Positions 37,813 through 47,405 of a DNA stretch of 64,000 nucleotides are shown piece after piece. The position numbers and the translations under genes are program-made. The DNA comes from Acetothermia bacterium UBA3571. Lineage in GTDB: Bacteria; Bipolaricaulota; Bipolaricaulia; Bipolaricaulales; Bipolaricaulaceae. The stretch lies in the NCBI GenBank assembly GCA_002375995.1, contig DFNI01000011.1, forward strand, positions 13,333 through 77,332. The letters run 5' to 3'. Under the pieces are notes generated by a model, which ran no database searches, was not told the DNA's origin, and saw only the letters and a list, made by a program, of their open reading frames with translations. Each line of letters opens with the position of its first letter. Within the stretch, counting starts at the first letter, position 1.

Positions 37813-38955
37813 CTAGGGGGTACTCACGGGCTCCTTTTCCTTCACTTGGGAGAGGATCCACTCCACCGCGGCATCGATATCCGGGTCCCCCTCGGCATCG
37901 GGATCGTATTCCACCGGGATGTCGGGCTCTATTCCCACATCGTGGACCCGGTGTTTCGCCGGGGTCAGGTACTCCCCGGTGGTGAGCTTGAGGGCGCTCC
38001 CATCAGGGAATTCCCGCACGATCTGCTGGATCGCGCCCTTTCCGAAGGTCTTCCTCCCCACCAGGACCCCCACCCCGTGGTCTTTGATGGCCCCGGCCAC
38101 GATTTCCGCCCCCGAGGCGGTCCCCTCGTTGACCAATACCGCCAAAGGCAAGTTGGGGAATGCGTTTCCCCGGGAATAGTAGGGGCGGAAGCCGTACACC
38201 GGCCCCTGAGCGTAGAGGATTACCCCCTCGTCCACGAAGAAGCTGGCCACGTCCACCGCCGAGGAGAGGAGCCCACCGGGGTTGTTGCGCAGATCCAAGA
38301 TGATCCCATTGAGTTCATCCAGAGGCAGGGTATAAAGGGCCTTTCCCACCTCCGCCGGGGTCCGCTCGGCGAAAAGGATGATGCGGATATACGCGATCTT
38401 CTTGTCTTCCCAGTACTCGGAAAGGACGGGCTGGATCACGATGCGGGCCCGGACCAGCGTCACTTCCCGCTCCTCCCCCTCCGGACTCACCACGGTGAGG
38501 GTCACTTCCGTCCCCTCGGGGCCCCGGATCATGGAGGAGACCTCCTCCAAGGTCAAGCCCTCGGTGGGGACTCCGTCCACGGCCTTAATCCAGTCCCCGG
38601 AGCGGATGCCCGCGTTATAGGCCGGGGTGTCGGGGAACGGCGTTACCACGGTCACCTTCCCTTTCTTGATGGCGATCTCCATCCCCACCCCGGTGTATTC
38701 GCCTTCCACTGCCTCCTGCCATTTCTGGTACTCCTCGGGGGTGAAGAAGACCGAGTAGGGATCGCCCAGCGCCTCCACCATCCCCTTCATCGCCCCATAC
38801 AGGAGGTCTTTCTCGGTCACGTCCTCGACCCGGTAGTAGTAATAGCGGATGAGCTCGTAGATCTCTTCCAACGGTGCGAACAAGCCCGTCTTCTTCGGTG
38901 CCGCGATGACGATGAAAGAGACGAGGAGGACCGCCAATAACGCCCTACGCATCAC
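37813..38955 (-). CDS. ctpA: S41 family C-terminal processing peptidase
   Basis: PDZ domain plus the S41 catalytic region (GTASGAEIV...GRKTFGKG). Confidence 0.85.
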   Translation of the reverse strand: MMRRALLAVLLVSFIVIAAPKKTGLFAPLEEIYELIRYYYYRVEDVTEKDLLYGAMKGMVEALGDPYSVFFTPEEYQKWQEAVEGEYTGVGMEIAIKKGKVTVVTPFPDTPAYNAGIRSGDWIKAVDGVPTEGLTLEEVSSMIRGPEGTEVTLTVVSPEGEEREVTLVRARIVIQPVLSEYWEDKKIAYIRIILFAERTPAEVGKALYTLPLDELNGIILDLRNNPGGLLSSAVDVASFFVDEGVILYAQGPVYGFRPYYSRGNAFPNLPLAVLVNEGTASGAEIVAGAIKDHGVGVLVGRKTFGKGAIQQIVREFPDGSALKLTTGEYLTPAKHRVHDVGIEPDIPVEYDPDAEGDPDIDAAVEWILSQVKEKEPVSTP

Positions 38956-38968
38956 ACATCACCCGCCC

Positions 38969-40039
38969 TCAATAGAATATCTCCGCGAGCTCGATGAGCT
39001 CGTCGGGCACAAGCCTAGGGGAGTTGGCCGCCACCTCCTCCAACGGGACGGGCACTACCCGCTCCCCCTGGAGTCCCACCATCACCCCGGATTTGCCCTC
39101 GAGGGCGAACTCCACCGCCTTCACCCCGAGGCGAATGGCCAAGAGCCTGTCGAACGCGGTGGCGATGCCCCCGCGCTGGAGGTACGCCAGCACCGTCACC
39201 CGGGGGGTAAGGGCGAGCTCGTCTTTGTGCTCCCTCAGGCGCGCGGCGAGCCAGTATCCAATCCCCCCCAGCTGCACGTGGCCGAAGGCATCCACCTCCC
39301 CTTGGGTGACCTGTTTTCCCCCCAGCTCCACCGGCCGTGCGCCCTCCGCTACCACGATGATGGAGAATCTCTTTCCCAGCTCAAGCCGTTTTTTTAGGCG
39401 CGCCACCACGTCCGCCACTGAGAAGGGGCGCTCGGGGATCAGGATCACGTCGGCCCCACCGGCCATGCCGCCCAGCACCGCGATCCAGCCTGCATCCCTC
39501 CCCATCACCTCCACGATCATCGCCCGGTGGTGGGCATGGGAGGTGGTGTGGAGGCGGTCCAAGGCCTCGGTGACGATGGAGAGGGCGGTGGGGAAACCAA
39601 TGGAATAATCGGTGCCCCAAAGGTCATTATCGATGGTCTGGGGGATGCCAACGGCCCTGATCCCCTCCGGGATGAGATGGGCCGCTACCCCCAGGGTATC
39701 GTCGCCCCCGATGGCGATCAGACAGTCGAGCTCGTGGCGCTCGAAGGTGGCGAGGACCTTGTCTACTTTATCGGTACGCTCCCACACCGTTTCCCCGTCC
39801 TTCTTGACCTTTTTGAACGGGTTGGTGCGGGAGGTACCCAGTATGGTCCCCCCCTGGGGGAGGATCCCCGAGACCTCCTTCAAGCCCAGGGGCATGGGAA
39901 GGTCATCGAGCAGTCCCCTCCAGCCGTCCTGGAAGCCGATTACCTCAACTCCTTCCTCATGGGCCTTGCGCACGATGGCCCGAAGGCACGCGTTTATCCC
40001 CGGGGAGTCGCCGCCTCCGGTAAGTACCCCGATCCGCAT
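38969..40039 (-). CDS. pfkA: 6-phosphofructokinase (ATP- or PPi-dependent)
   Basis: GGGDSPGINA, IGGDDTLG and MGRDAGWIA motifs. Confidence 0.9.
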   Translation of the reverse strand: MRIGVLTGGGDSPGINACLRAIVRKAHEEGVEVIGFQDGWRGLLDDLPMPLGLKEVSGILPQGGTILGTSRTNPFKKVKKDGETVWERTDKVDKVLATFERHELDCLIAIGGDDTLGVAAHLIPEGIRAVGIPQTIDNDLWGTDYSIGFPTALSIVTEALDRLHTTSHAHHRAMIVEVMGRDAGWIAVLGGMAGGADVILIPERPFSVADVVARLKKRLELGKRFSIIVVAEGARPVELGGKQVTQGEVDAFGHVQLGGIGYWLAARLREHKDELALTPRVTVLAYLQRGGIATAFDRLLAIRLGVKAVEFALEGKSGVMVGLQGERVVPVPLEEVAANSPRLVPDELIELAEIFY

Positions 40040-40051
40040 CCCTTACCTCCT

Positions 40052-41140
40052 TCAGCTTCCGAAGCCGGGATAATCCTTGTACCAGTTAGGGCCAGCTCCC
40101 CTGAGCTCTACATTCGGGAAGCCCTTGAAGGCCTCAGTATCCCAGAACGGGGTTGCCGCTTCCGATGCGGCATAGAGTTTCCTGAAGTTCTCGGTACCCC
40201 CTGTCTCGAGCCACTGCTCCACCGCATCGAGATCCGGGTAGTAATCCACACAGTACTTCCACAGGGCCCGACCACACAAAAACCCCGAGGCCCCGCACCG
40301 GGAGGCGATCTCCACCTCCTCTAGAAATTCCTCGATTCCCACCCCTGCCGAGAGGATCACCCAGGGGACCTTGGAGAGCTTCGTCACCTCCCGGCAGAAA
40401 TCCTCCACCTCGGAGAGGTTGTATACCGGTTCCCGTTTCACTCCGTCGAAGGCCCCGTCCGCGTACTCCTTGCAGTACTTGAGGTCGGCGGGGAACTCCA
40501 CCTTGAGGACATCCACCTTGTACTCGGGCTTGGCGAACTCGGCCACGTAGTCGAAGACGAGTTTCGGCTTCCTTTTGGCGTAGACGGGGGAGTCCTTGTC
40601 CTCGTCTTCCTTGAAGGGGTAGGAGACGATCTCCAGCACATAGGGGATATCGTACTTGGCGCACTCTTCGCCCACCGCCTTGGCGATCTTTTGCTGGTGC
40701 TCCACTACCTCCGGGGAGCCGTCGTGGCGGTAATACAAGAGGAGTTTCACTCCATCCGCGCCGGCCCGCTTGACCTTCTCCACTCCCCAACCTTCCAGGA
40801 GCCGGGTCTTCCGCTCCTTTTCCCCGGCTCCGGAGGCCAAATACCCCGTCTCCTCCACCGCCAAAAGCAGCCCCACCTCAGGGGGCAGGTACTTGGCGGC
40901 GATGGGATACCCGTACCCGGGGTCGATCAGGGTAGCGCTGGAGTAGGGGGAGAGGACCTTGACGATGAGCTTCTTGATCTGGGCCAGGTCCTCGTAGGTA
41001 GCCTCTTCCCCGGTGGCTTTCTTTATCATGCGCTTGAGGGATCCCCGCTGGTCGATGGCCATCATGCGGAAGCGTCCCTCGTCGTCAGCCAGCCTGAGGA
41101 GCCCCCTCAGCTTTCCCGCGGATATCTCCACCCTTTCCAC
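40052..41140 (-). CDS. Class I aldolase of the tagatose-1,6-bisphosphate aldolase (LacD) family; likely acts as fructose-bisphosphate aldolase here
   Basis: AIDQRGSLKRM, KLLLYY, VDVLKVEFP and the ILSAGV...GFLCGRALW motifs, colinear with LacD. Confidence 0.8.
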   Translation of the reverse strand: MERVEISAGKLRGLLRLADDEGRFRMMAIDQRGSLKRMIKKATGEEATYEDLAQIKKLIVKVLSPYSSATLIDPGYGYPIAAKYLPPEVGLLLAVEETGYLASGAGEKERKTRLLEGWGVEKVKRAGADGVKLLLYYRHDGSPEVVEHQQKIAKAVGEECAKYDIPYVLEIVSYPFKEDEDKDSPVYAKRKPKLVFDYVAEFAKPEYKVDVLKVEFPADLKYCKEYADGAFDGVKREPVYNLSEVEDFCREVTKLSKVPWVILSAGVGIEEFLEEVEIASRCGASGFLCGRALWKYCVDYYPDLDAVEQWLETGGTENFRKLYAASEAATPFWDTEAFKGFPNVELRGAGPNWYKDYPGFGS

Positions 41141-41209
41141 GTCACACCTCCTGAATCTCCTCGTTTTTTGGATCCCGCAAGGATAGCGCCCTCGGCCAAC
41201 GTTTGCACC

Positions 41210-42238
41210 TTAGGCGCCGACCGGTTCCGCCTCCCGCAAGTACCGTGCCGCCTCTTCGGGGGGCATGGGGTTGATGTAGAAACCGGTGCCCCACTCGAAG
41301 CCCGCTACCTGGGTCAGCCGCGGGATGATCTCGATGTGCCAGTGGTAGTCGTATTGCAGCGTGGCCCAGTAATCCGGCCGGCCGGGGCGGGGAACGGGGT
41401 TGGGGGCGTTCTGGAGCACGAAGTTGAACGGCGGATCTCCCAAAAGGGCTTTGAGCTTCCCCAAGGTGCGCTTCAGGGCCCGCGCCAGGCCCCGGATGTG
41501 CTCGGGGGTTATCTGGGTGAAGTCGTGGGAGTGGTAGCGCGGGTAGATGTGGACCTCGAAGGGGAAGCGCGAATCGAAGGGAGCCCAGATGATGTAGCCG
41601 TCCAATTCCTCCACGATCCTCTCCCCCAACCGAAGCTCCGCTAACAGCATGTCACAGAAGATGCAGCGCTCTTTCTTGGCGTAGTAATCCCGGGCCGCTT
41701 CCAGCCTGTCCCTCACGTCTTTGGGGGTGACCGGGGTGGCGATGATCTGGGAGTGAGCGTGGGAAAGGGACGCCCCTGCCTGTGGACCGTGGTTTTTGAA
41801 AAGGAGGACGTAGCGGTGCCAGGGGTTCGCCATCAATTCTCGGAGCCTCGCCACATACGTCTCTATCACCCTCACCACGTGTTCCAAAGGGAGGTCGGCG
41901 AGGTCCGCTTCGTGGTCTGGGGTCTCGATCACTACTTCGTGTGCTCCTACTCCGTTCATCTTGTCGAAGAAACCCACCACCGCTTCCCGGCCGAGCTCAG
42001 GATATGAGGTGAGGGCGGGAAACTTGTTCGGCACCACCCGCACCGCCCAGCCCCCTTCCCTCCCAGGTACTCGGTAGATCTCAGGCGGGGTCATGTGTTC
42101 GTTCCCCGGGCAGAAGGGGCATTTCGCCGGATCGTCCTTTTTGGGAGGGTCGGTGCGATAGTCGGTGGGGCGCTTGGCCCGTTCAGGGGCGATGATCACC
42201 CAACGATCGGTTATGGGACCGCGTCGCAATTCCGGCAT
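41210..42238 (-). CDS. galT: Galactose-1-phosphate uridylyltransferase family (GalT-type HIT nucleotidyltransferase)
   Basis: Zinc site CPFCPGNEH and active site SHAHSQ (HxHxQ). Confidence 0.8.
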   Translation of the reverse strand: MPELRRGPITDRWVIIAPERAKRPTDYRTDPPKKDDPAKCPFCPGNEHMTPPEIYRVPGREGGWAVRVVPNKFPALTSYPELGREAVVGFFDKMNGVGAHEVVIETPDHEADLADLPLEHVVRVIETYVARLRELMANPWHRYVLLFKNHGPQAGASLSHAHSQIIATPVTPKDVRDRLEAARDYYAKKERCIFCDMLLAELRLGERIVEELDGYIIWAPFDSRFPFEVHIYPRYHSHDFTQITPEHIRGLARALKRTLGKLKALLGDPPFNFVLQNAPNPVPRPGRPDYWATLQYDYHWHIEIIPRLTQVAGFEWGTGFYINPMPPEEAARYLREAEPVGA

Positions 42239-42251
42239 CCCTTACCTCCTT

Positions 42252-43502
42252 TCACAGTATCTCTTCCTTCGGTATCACCACGATCCCCCTTTCGGTTACG
42301 TGAAACCTCGCCCGGTCCTTTTCCAGATCCTCCCCGAGTGTGAAACCTGCCGGAACCTTTACGTTCTTGTCGATAATGGCCCGCCGGATCACCGCTCCCC
42401 GCCCCACCTCAACCCCCGAAAAGAGAACCGACTCCTCCACCCGGGCGTGACTGTGGACCTTGACTCCTGGGGAGAGCACGGACCGGACCACGGTGCCCCC
42501 CGAGACGATGGACCCGGGGGAGAGGAGGGAGTTGAGGGCTATCCCCTTCCTTCGGGGTTCGTCGTGCACCGTCTTGGCCGGGGGCCAGGGCTCCCGGTAG
42601 GTGTGGATGGGCCAGGATCGGTCGTAGAGGTCGAACCGGGGGACCACCGCCACGAGGTCCATGTGGGCTTCCCAGAAGGAGTCCAGCGTCCCCACATCCC
42701 GCCAGTAGGGGGTCGGATTGCGGTTGGCCCGCTCAAACGGGAAGACAAACACTTCCCTCCCCTCGGCCAACATTCCGGGGATGACGTCTCGCCCGAAATC
42801 GTGGGAGGAATCCGCGTCGGCGGCGTCGGCCCGCAGGGCTCCTTCCAGGGCCTTGGGGGAGAAGGCGTAGATCCCCATGGAGGCCAAGCACATCCCCGGA
42901 TCGTCCGGGTCCGGGGTCGGGTCCTCCGGCTTCTCCTGGAAGGAAAGGGCCCGGCCATCCCCGCCCACCGCGAACACCCCGAACCGGCTGCGGGCCTCGT
43001 CCCGGGGTACCCGAATTGCTGCCACGGTGAGGTCGGCCCCGGCCTCCCGGTGGAAGCGGAGCATCTCGCGGTAGTCCATTTTGTAGACGTGATCGCCCGC
43101 GAGGACGAGGATGGTCTCCGGCTCCCCCCACTCGTAGGTATACCGCTCCACCGAATACCAGTTCTGCCAGATGGCGTCCGCGGTCCCACGGTACCAGTCG
43201 GCTCCATCGGTGCGCTGCTGCGGGGGCACCGGGGCGATGAACTCCCCCATAGCGGGGTTGAAGATGCTCCAGCCCAACCGGATGTGGCGCTCGAGGGAGA
43301 GGGATTTGTACTGGGTGAGGACGTAGATCCGGCGGAGCCCGGAGTGGAGACAGTTGGAGAGGGTGAAGTCAATGATCCGATACACACCCCCGAAGGGCAC
43401 GGCAGGCTTGGTGCGGTCCCGGGTCAGGGGATGTAACCTTTCCCCCCTGCCGCCGGCCAAGATGAAGGTCAACACTCCACCCATCTCTACATCCTCTCCC
43501 AA
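42252..43502 (-). CDS. glgC: Glucose-1-phosphate adenylyltransferase
   Basis: ILAGGRGERL, the nucleotidyltransferase core and a C-terminal left-handed beta-helix; likely start at MGGVLTF (43484). Confidence 0.9.
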   Translation of the reverse strand: MGEDVEMGGVLTFILAGGRGERLHPLTRDRTKPAVPFGGVYRIIDFTLSNCLHSGLRRIYVLTQYKSLSLERHIRLGWSIFNPAMGEFIAPVPPQQRTDGADWYRGTADAIWQNWYSVERYTYEWGEPETILVLAGDHVYKMDYREMLRFHREAGADLTVAAIRVPRDEARSRFGVFAVGGDGRALSFQEKPEDPTPDPDDPGMCLASMGIYAFSPKALEGALRADAADADSSHDFGRDVIPGMLAEGREVFVFPFERANRNPTPYWRDVGTLDSFWEAHMDLVAVVPRFDLYDRSWPIHTYREPWPPAKTVHDEPRRKGIALNSLLSPGSIVSGGTVVRSVLSPGVKVHSHARVEESVLFSGVEVGRGAVIRRAIIDKNVKVPAGFTLGEDLEKDRARFHVTERGIVVIPKEEIL

Positions 43503-43556
43503 AGCACGGACGCCCTCACTCTCAAGGGAGTGAGGCCGATATGAAAACGAACCCGT

Positions 43557-44372
43557 TCAAGCCCCTACCACGTCTAAGGTGATGATCTCTAATCCCCGCT
43601 CCCGCAAGGCCGAGAGGAAGGGGTTGATCCCCAGGGAATCGGCGGCGATGTGGCCTACTACGATTAGGTTCTTGTTCGGGAATTCCTCGGCGAGCCTGCG
43701 GACGGCGGAGTCGGCACAGTGGATGTAAATTACGGTGTCGATTCCGTGCTTGAAAGCACACGCAGCCACGGGATACCCACCGTTGGTCCCGGCGCCGTGG
43801 AACACCCCCGCTTTTCCAATCCGGTTCTTTGGGGATCCGAGTCGGATCTCTATTTCGGTGGCTGCGGAAGCGAACTCCTCGTACTTCTTTAGCCTCGCAA
43901 CCAGCTCCTCCACGGTCGCTTCCGGGGAGACCTTCCCCACGGCCTCCACCAGGCGTTTCCGTCCTATCTCGTCCAACGGCGTGTGGATTCCCACAAGCGG
44001 GATCCCCAAGGCCTCCGCCGCCGCGGGGACGTGGGGGTAGTTGGCGGCGTGGTCCCGGGCGGCGAACTCCCTCACCAGCTCTTCCACCGCTTTCCTCGCT
44101 TGTTCCTCCGGGATTCCGTACGAAACCAGGAGGTCCACGTGGCGCCAGAGGACCTCGTGCCAGCGGAGCCGGGGCTGTCCTCCGGGGGGATGGTGGACGA
44201 TCACCCCCGTGGCCCCGAGTTCTCGCGCCAAAAGGAGATCCCCCACTCCCACGTCGATGGCGAAGAGCGCCGTCTTTCCCAACTCACCGGGAACTAAAAC
44301 CCCGGAATCTGCCGGGACCTCCGTGAGGCCGGAAAGCTCCAACGCCAATCGCAACGCTTCATCGGTTCGCAA
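43557..44372 (-). CDS. Nif3-like dinuclear metal centre protein (DUF34/YbgI family)
   Basis: GATGVIVHHP and IVVGHIAAD regions align with YbgI GADAVIVHHG / AAGHHATE. Confidence 0.6.
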   Translation of the reverse strand: MRTDEALRLALELSGLTEVPADSGVLVPGELGKTALFAIDVGVGDLLLARELGATGVIVHHPPGGQPRLRWHEVLWRHVDLLVSYGIPEEQARKAVEELVREFAARDHAANYPHVPAAAEALGIPLVGIHTPLDEIGRKRLVEAVGKVSPEATVEELVARLKKYEEFASAATEIEIRLGSPKNRIGKAGVFHGAGTNGGYPVAACAFKHGIDTVIYIHCADSAVRRLAEEFPNKNLIVVGHIAADSLGINPFLSALRERGLEIITLDVVGA

Positions 44373-44967
44373 CGCGCGCCTCCTCGTAGATCTCTCGCTT
44401 CAGTACCCCGATGAAGGGGAGGTTTCGGTAGAGCTCGGCGTAATCGAGGCCATAGCCCACCACGAACACGTTCTCGGGAATGGTGAAGCCCACGTAGTGG
44501 ACCGGGACCTCCACCTCGCGGCGGACGGGCTTGTCGATGAGGGTGCAGACCCGGACGCTGGCGGGCGCACGGGCGCGGAAAAGGCGCAGGATGTGATCCA
44601 GGGTATTGCCGGTGTCCACGATATCTTCCACGATAAGCACATCTCGCTGGGAGATGGAGCGATCCAGATCCTTTATGATCCGCACTTCCCCGGGGCTTGT
44701 CCCGTTGCGATAGCTTGAGACGGACATGAAATCGTACTCCAAAGGAAGATCCACGGCACGGATCAAATCGGCGAGGAAGGGTATGGCACCTTTCAGGATC
44801 CCCACTACAAGGAGGGGCCTCCCGTACGGATCCTTTGCCGCGCCGTTTCTGTAGTCCCGGGCGATCTCTTGCCCCAGGACCCGGACCCGGGCGGCTATCT
44901 CCTCGGGGGTAATGAGCACACGTTCGATTTCCTCTTTCAGGCCCTTCACAGCCATGATAATACTCAA
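44359..44967 (-). CDS. hpt: Hypoxanthine-guanine phosphoribosyltransferase
   Basis: PRPP-binding motif VLIVEDIVDTGNTL. Confidence 0.85.
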   Translation of the reverse strand: MSIIMAVKGLKEEIERVLITPEEIAARVRVLGQEIARDYRNGAAKDPYGRPLLVVGILKGAIPFLADLIRAVDLPLEYDFMSVSSYRNGTSPGEVRIIKDLDRSISQRDVLIVEDIVDTGNTLDHILRLFRARAPASVRVCTLIDKPVRREVEVPVHYVGFTIPENVFVVGYGLDYAELYRNLPFIGVLKREIYEEARVANR

Positions 44968-45032
44968 AAATCCTTTGCGCTCAGCATCCCGAGGATTTCG
45001 GATAGAATTGCTATTCGCGAGAAGGGGGGAAA

Positions 45033-46409
45033 TTGCGCGAACGTATCCTCGAGGGGCCGGTCTTAAAAACTATGCTGGTGCTGGCCTGGCCGGTGATGGT
45101 CTCCAACGCCCTGCAAGCCCTTTACAATCTGATCGATGCCTTCTGGCTGGGGAAGCTCTCCACCGAAGCCCTCTCCGCCCCCACGGTGGCGTGGCCGGTG
45201 ATCTTCACCTTCATGTCGTTGGGGATCGGGTTTCAGATCGCGGGATCGGCCATCGTGGCCCAATACACCGGGGCTGGAGACCGGGAGGGGGCGGATCGGG
45301 CCGGCACCCAGGTTTTTTCTTTTCTGTTCCTTCTTTCTGCCTTAGCCGGCGCCGTAGGTTGGGGCGCAGCCCCGGCGATCCTCCGCCTCATGGGGACGCC
45401 ATCGGAGATATACCCCCTGGCCGTGTCCTACCTGCGGATCGTCTCCGCGGGCTTTCCCCTCATGTTCGGCACTTTCGCCTTCACGGGGCTTTTGATGGGG
45501 GTGGGTGATACCCGCACCCCCATGTACCTCATGGGCACCTCCGTGGTTGCCAACGCGGTCATGGATCCGTTCCTCATCTTCGGGTGGGGTCCGTTCCCGG
45601 AACTGGGGGTGGCGGGGGCGGCCCTGGCCACCGTGATCTCCCGGGGGGTAGCCGCTTGTGTTGGGGTGTGGCTCCTTTCCACCGGGAAGGTGGGGGTGCG
45701 GCTGCGGGCACGCTGGCTCCTTCCCCGCTGGCACGAAATCGCGAGGATCCTCCGGGTAGGGACCCCCAATGCGGTGGACCATATGGCCACATCGCTCGGT
45801 TTCGTGGTCTTGATGGGGCTCGTGGCCGGGTTCGGCACCGTGGTGGTAGCGGCCTACGGGATCGGCCAACGCATCATCCACTTCCTCAACGTGGCCATCT
45901 GGGGCGCTACTACCGCCCTCCTCACCATGGTGGGACAGAACCTGGGGGCAGGTCAGTTCGACCGGGCCGAGGAGATCGCCCACCGGGGGATCCGGAGCAC
46001 GGTGGCCTTTCTGTGCGTGGTCTCGGTGGCGGCCTTCCTTTTGCGGGAACCCCTCTACCGCGTCTTCATCGGCGACTCCGCGGTGATCGCCGAAGGCAAA
46101 AGGTTCCTGGGGATCTTCGGGTTCTCGGTGCCGTTCTTCGGCCTGTTCGCGGCCACGAGCTCGGTCTTCCGGGGTGCGGGGAACACCGTCCCTCCCATGG
46201 TCTTTTCTGTAGCGCGCCTTTGGGGCCTGAGGATCTTCTCTTCTTGGGCGCTGGGTTACGCCCTGGGGTTGGGTCCCTTGGGGCTTTGGATCGGCATGTC
46301 CCTCAGCAACTATCTGGGAGGCCTGGGGCTTTATCTTTGGCTCCTCCGGGGCACGTGGAAGCGGCGGCTGGTGGGCGAGCCGGAGAGGGCGCTAGTGGCC
46401 TGCGACTGA
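45033..46409 (+). CDS. MATE family efflux transporter
   Basis: 12 TM segments and MatE repeat features (N-terminal LAWPVMVSNALQALYNLIDAFWLGKL). Confidence 0.85.
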   Translation: MRERILEGPVLKTMLVLAWPVMVSNALQALYNLIDAFWLGKLSTEALSAPTVAWPVIFTFMSLGIGFQIAGSAIVAQYTGAGDREGADRAGTQVFSFLFLLSALAGAVGWGAAPAILRLMGTPSEIYPLAVSYLRIVSAGFPLMFGTFAFTGLLMGVGDTRTPMYLMGTSVVANAVMDPFLIFGWGPFPELGVAGAALATVISRGVAACVGVWLLSTGKVGVRLRARWLLPRWHEIARILRVGTPNAVDHMATSLGFVVLMGLVAGFGTVVVAAYGIGQRIIHFLNVAIWGATTALLTMVGQNLGAGQFDRAEEIAHRGIRSTVAFLCVVSVAAFLLREPLYRVFIGDSAVIAEGKRFLGIFGFSVPFFGLFAATSSVFRGAGNTVPPMVFSVARLWGLRIFSSWALGYALGLGPLGLWIGMSLSNYLGGLGLYLWLLRGTWKRRLVGEPERALVACD

Positions 46410-46603
46410 CGTTCGTATACCCCAAATCGTTTCCCGCTCCAGGCGTATTCTGAAACCTTTGGGAGCTTCGCCCACTCTTCGGGAGTGTACACCAAGGGAT
46501 TGGCGGGCACGGGGAGCTCTTCGTAAGGGAAGGACGCGGCGCGGCGGATGAAAGGGCTATCGGAGCGCACCACCACCATCACGATATCCACGTCACTACC
46601 CAC
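46331..46603 (-). CDS. Nucleotidyltransferase (MNT-like) domain fragment lacking the N-terminal GS-x-ARG half
   Basis: SDVDIVMVVV matches the SDIDLLV motif; it is preceded in frame by TAA and uses a GTG start; the 3' end overlaps the MATE gene. Confidence 0.3.
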   Translation of the reverse strand: MGSDVDIVMVVVRSDSPFIRRAASFPYEELPVPANPLVYTPEEWAKLPKVSEYAWSGKRFGVYERQSQATSALSGSPTSRRFHVPRRSQR

Positions 46604-46635
46604 GCACCGAGTCCCGCCAGCTTACCGGACCGGGC

Positions 46636-46923
46636 CTAGTTCCCAACCTCGAGCTTCTCCGGCGGCCTAATGGAACGTCCTCCGATCCGGGGGATATCCA
46701 AACCCCTCTGAAGGCGAATCACGATCCAACCTTCCAGAACTTCCCGTAGGTTGTTCCGACACTCCTCCAAGGTCCTCCCGGTGGCCCACACGCCCTTCAA
46801 TTCGGGGATCTCCCCGTAATAAGGCTCCTCTTCGTCCCGCAGAAGCTCGTATTTGGCCCGGGCCAGCACGGCCTCGATGTATTCACGATCACACAAATCA
46901 CCTCTCCAAAAGTACATCCGCAA
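46636..46923 (-). CDS. HicB-like / UPF0150 antitoxin-domain protein
   Basis: YYGEIPELKGVWATGRTLEECRNNLREVLEGWI resembles the HicB N-terminal domain. Confidence 0.5.
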   Translation of the reverse strand: MRMYFWRGDLCDREYIEAVLARAKYELLRDEEEPYYGEIPELKGVWATGRTLEECRNNLREVLEGWIVIRLQRGLDIPRIGGRSIRPPEKLEVGN

Positions 46924-46931
46924 AGGATCCC

Positions 46932-47405
46932 TCAGGCGCGGAAATCTTCGGGCGATTCGAGGCCGAAGTATTCCAGGAACTCCTCTGTCACCTCCAGGAC
47001 CTTGGTGGGACCCTTCCGCTCCGCCCGCACGAACCCCCGGTCGATCAGCTCCCGGATGTGGGCGTAGGCCCGCTGCCCCCGGATCTTCACCACCTCCGCC
47101 TGGGTGATGGGGCCCCGGTAGGCGATCAGGGCCAGGGTCCTGAGCACTGGCTCGGGGATGTCCCCTCCCGGAGCCAGGGGGCGCACGAGGTCCGCGTACT
47201 CCTCCAAGAGCTCGAGGAGGTACCCCCCCGATTTCCTGGCCAACCGGTAGGGCTTGCCCTCGCGCTCGAGCTCCGCGGCGATCTCCTCCAGAGCGGCATA
47301 GATCTCTTCGGCAGGGAAGCGGAGAACCCGCGAGAGTTCCTCCAGGGACAGGGGCTTCGTGGCCACAAAAAGCGCCGCCTCAACGGCGGCCTTTACGTTT
47401 CCCAT
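46932..47405 (-). CDS. scpB: Segregation and condensation protein B
   Basis: ALFVATKPLSLEEL and the winged-helix pair typical of ScpB. Confidence 0.85.
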   Translation of the reverse strand: MGNVKAAVEAALFVATKPLSLEELSRVLRFPAEEIYAALEEIAAELEREGKPYRLARKSGGYLLELLEEYADLVRPLAPGGDIPEPVLRTLALIAYRGPITQAEVVKIRGQRAYAHIRELIDRGFVRAERKGPTKVLEVTEEFLEYFGLESPEDFRA

